This document shows, one piece after another, positions 24,769 to 25,925 of a DNA stretch of 25,925 nucleotides. The translations under genes and the position numbers were made by a program. Under the pieces are notes generated by a model, which was not told where the DNA came from, did no database searches, and was given only the letters and a program-made list of their open reading frames with translations. Location of the stretch: contig JBAXWY010000042.1 in the NCBI GenBank assembly GCA_037128175.1, positions 1-25,925 of the forward strand, in the 5' to 3' direction. This stretch comes from Methanothrix sp. (GTDB lineage Archaea > Halobacteriota > Methanosarcinia > Methanotrichales > Methanotrichaceae). Numbering within the stretch: the stretch's first letter is position 1; each line of letters opens with the position of its first letter.

Positions 24769-25059
24769 TTATGTGCCTACAACATCTATTACTTTGTAGC
24801 TCACAATCAGGAAGAATGTGAGTACCATTGGCACAATGGCCAGATTCAACATGGTTGATAGACGCTTATTCCATTGTGATGACGCGGACAGAATTTCTGA
24901 GGCACTGAGCAGAATAATAAGGCAGATGACACTTATAACGCTGATTTCAGAAACGCCAACCGTGGCAAAAGTGGTGACAACTGATGTAGTACTGGCTGCG
25001 CTCATGGTGCTGGCCGCGCTCATGGTGCTGCTTACCGTACTCAACATGGATGATAGCAT
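24769..25059 (-). CDS. Small membrane protein with Ser/Thr/Met-rich N-terminus and two hydrophobic helices
   Basis: MLSSMLSTVSSTMSAASTMSAASTTSVVTT, then TM1 ending SEIL, loop QWNKRL, TM2 LAIVPMVLTFFLIVSYKV. ATG at 25059. Confidence 0.78.
   Translation of the reverse strand: MLSSMLSTVSSTMSAASTMSAASTTSVVTTFATVGVSEISVISVICLIILLSASEILSASSQWNKRLSTMLNLAIVPMVLTFFLIVSYKVIDVVGT
24992..25030. repeat. 18-bp tandem duplication encoding (MSAAST)2
   Basis: CTGGCTGCGCTCATGGTG followed by CTGGCCGCGCTCATGGTG, one mismatch. Confidence 0.85.
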
Positions 25060-25364
25060 AATCGATCCCAATAATTGATATCAGATCAGTATCTAGGCTA
25101 ATCCTCAATAACTTTGTTTCTATCTTCTCATCCTTCGTATTTATAGATATCCCACATGGAATTTGGATATTATTATAAATAATACCTATAAATACATATA
25201 TATCTAATCATATCGATATTGGATTGATAATTGAGCTGAAAGTTAACTTGCGCAACGGGCCAATCGGAGTATGGAATGGCGCCATCTCCTTTCTTTCTCC
25301 AATTCTTGCGTCAGCATTATAGAAGGGACGGCCCCGGGCTTCCCTTGCCGCCTGGACCCATCCG

Positions 25365-25700
25365 CTAGTGGTAGAATTGCTTGAAAGGCTTTCTGTACTC
25401 ATCTAAGAGCTCGTATTTTATTACCATCTTATCTGGCATAATTTGAATCTCTCTTACCGACTGGGTGAAAAGATACCAGATAAAGCCTCTGTCAGGAAGC
25501 CTGTACCGATCCGGCAAGGTAGTGGTAAACTCAGATTCGCCCATGATGTAAGTTCTGAGCAGCTCGCTTCCTGAGGCAAAGAGGAAGGGAAAGCTTACGT
25601 TTTCTATCTCACGCTGGCAGTAGCCCTGCAGACGCAGGCGCTGGGCCAGGAACTCCAGGTAATCTTCTTTGGTTACTACCAGCTCTTTGTACTCGCTCAT
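25365..25700 (-). CDS. Hypothetical protein (about 111 aa)
   Basis: Globular-looking composition, ATG 25700 (or GTG 25709), BRE/TATA-like CGATAAC-TTTTATCT near 25733-25747. Confidence 0.75.
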   Translation of the reverse strand: MSEYKELVVTKEDYLEFLAQRLRLQGYCQREIENVSFPFLFASGSELLRTYIMGESEFTTTLPDRYRLPDRGFIWYLFTQSVREIQIMPDKMVIKYELLDEYRKPFKQFYH

Positions 25701-25750
25701 TGCAATCACACGCGATAAACTGGCAGAGGGTGAGATAAAAGTTATCGTCG

Positions 25751-25893
25751 GTGACTACTCCCACGACTGAAGTCGCAGGCATCTAGGCTTTCGCCACAGA
25801 CTGTAGTCCCAGTCGGAGAATATTTTTTGAAGCATTAAGGTCTCTGTCCATTATCAAGCCACATTTCAGGCAGTGTACGTGTTTAGCTCTCGC
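25751..25893 (-). mobile_element. IS200/IS605-family remnant: tnpB 3' end plus right end
   Basis: 25893..25783 translates to ARAKHVHCLKCGLIMDRDLNASKNILRLGLQSVAKA* (TnpB Zn-ribbon/RuvC-III signature). It is followed by the hairpin CCTGCGACTTCAGTCGTGGG and terminal TCAC at 25751. An in-frame TAG lies at 25894-25896. Confidence 0.85.
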
Positions 25894-25925
25894 CTAAATT
25901 TTTAAAATTTCCATCAAAATTCATT

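Noticed and set aside
25208-25402. 64-aa minus-strand ORF
   Set aside because: It overlaps the end of the 25365..25700 gene in another frame, has no SD and runs into AT-rich promoter DNA.
15590-25925. Integrative element at tRNA-His
   Set aside because: I found no duplicated tRNA 3' end (attR) and no integrase in the window.

Overview
Archaeal chromosomal window, most likely from a Methanothrix (Methanosaeta)-like methanogen. This assignment is an inference from methanogenesis marker protein 11, archaeal DnaG/MCM/NMD3/Pth2 and BRE-TATA promoters. Positions 0.6-10.5 kb are a minus-strand housekeeping block: MCM with a 165-aa mini-intein, DUF424, NMD3, dnaG, pth2, truD, mmp11 and an IorA-like ThDP enzyme. 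Positions 10.7-14.5 kb are a bacterial-looking sugar-phosphate operon: pfkB, class I aldolase, gpmA and an HprK-like P-loop kinase. Divergent from it lie two tandem 120-bp non-coding units (14600-14816), each a BRE/TATA promoter followed by a covarying hairpin with an anti-Shine-Dalgarno loop; these are candidate undescribed sRNAs. Next come a broken VWA-like gene, tRNA-His(GUG), a cluster of inverted repeats, a Fic gene and small hypotheticals. Positions 18.1-25.1 kb are a more AT-rich eight-gene cell-envelope cluster: DUF1616, a CPBP/Abi protease, a TIGR04279-like protein, three Ig-like secreted proteins with shared domains, a cationic Thr-rich secreted protein and a Ser/Thr-repeat two-helix membrane peptide. 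It may be a dedicated surface-structure or protein-sorting system. The window ends in a tnpB 3' remnant with an IS200/IS605 right end and begins with a similar element-end hairpin. All family calls are from motif recognition by eye; no searches were run.
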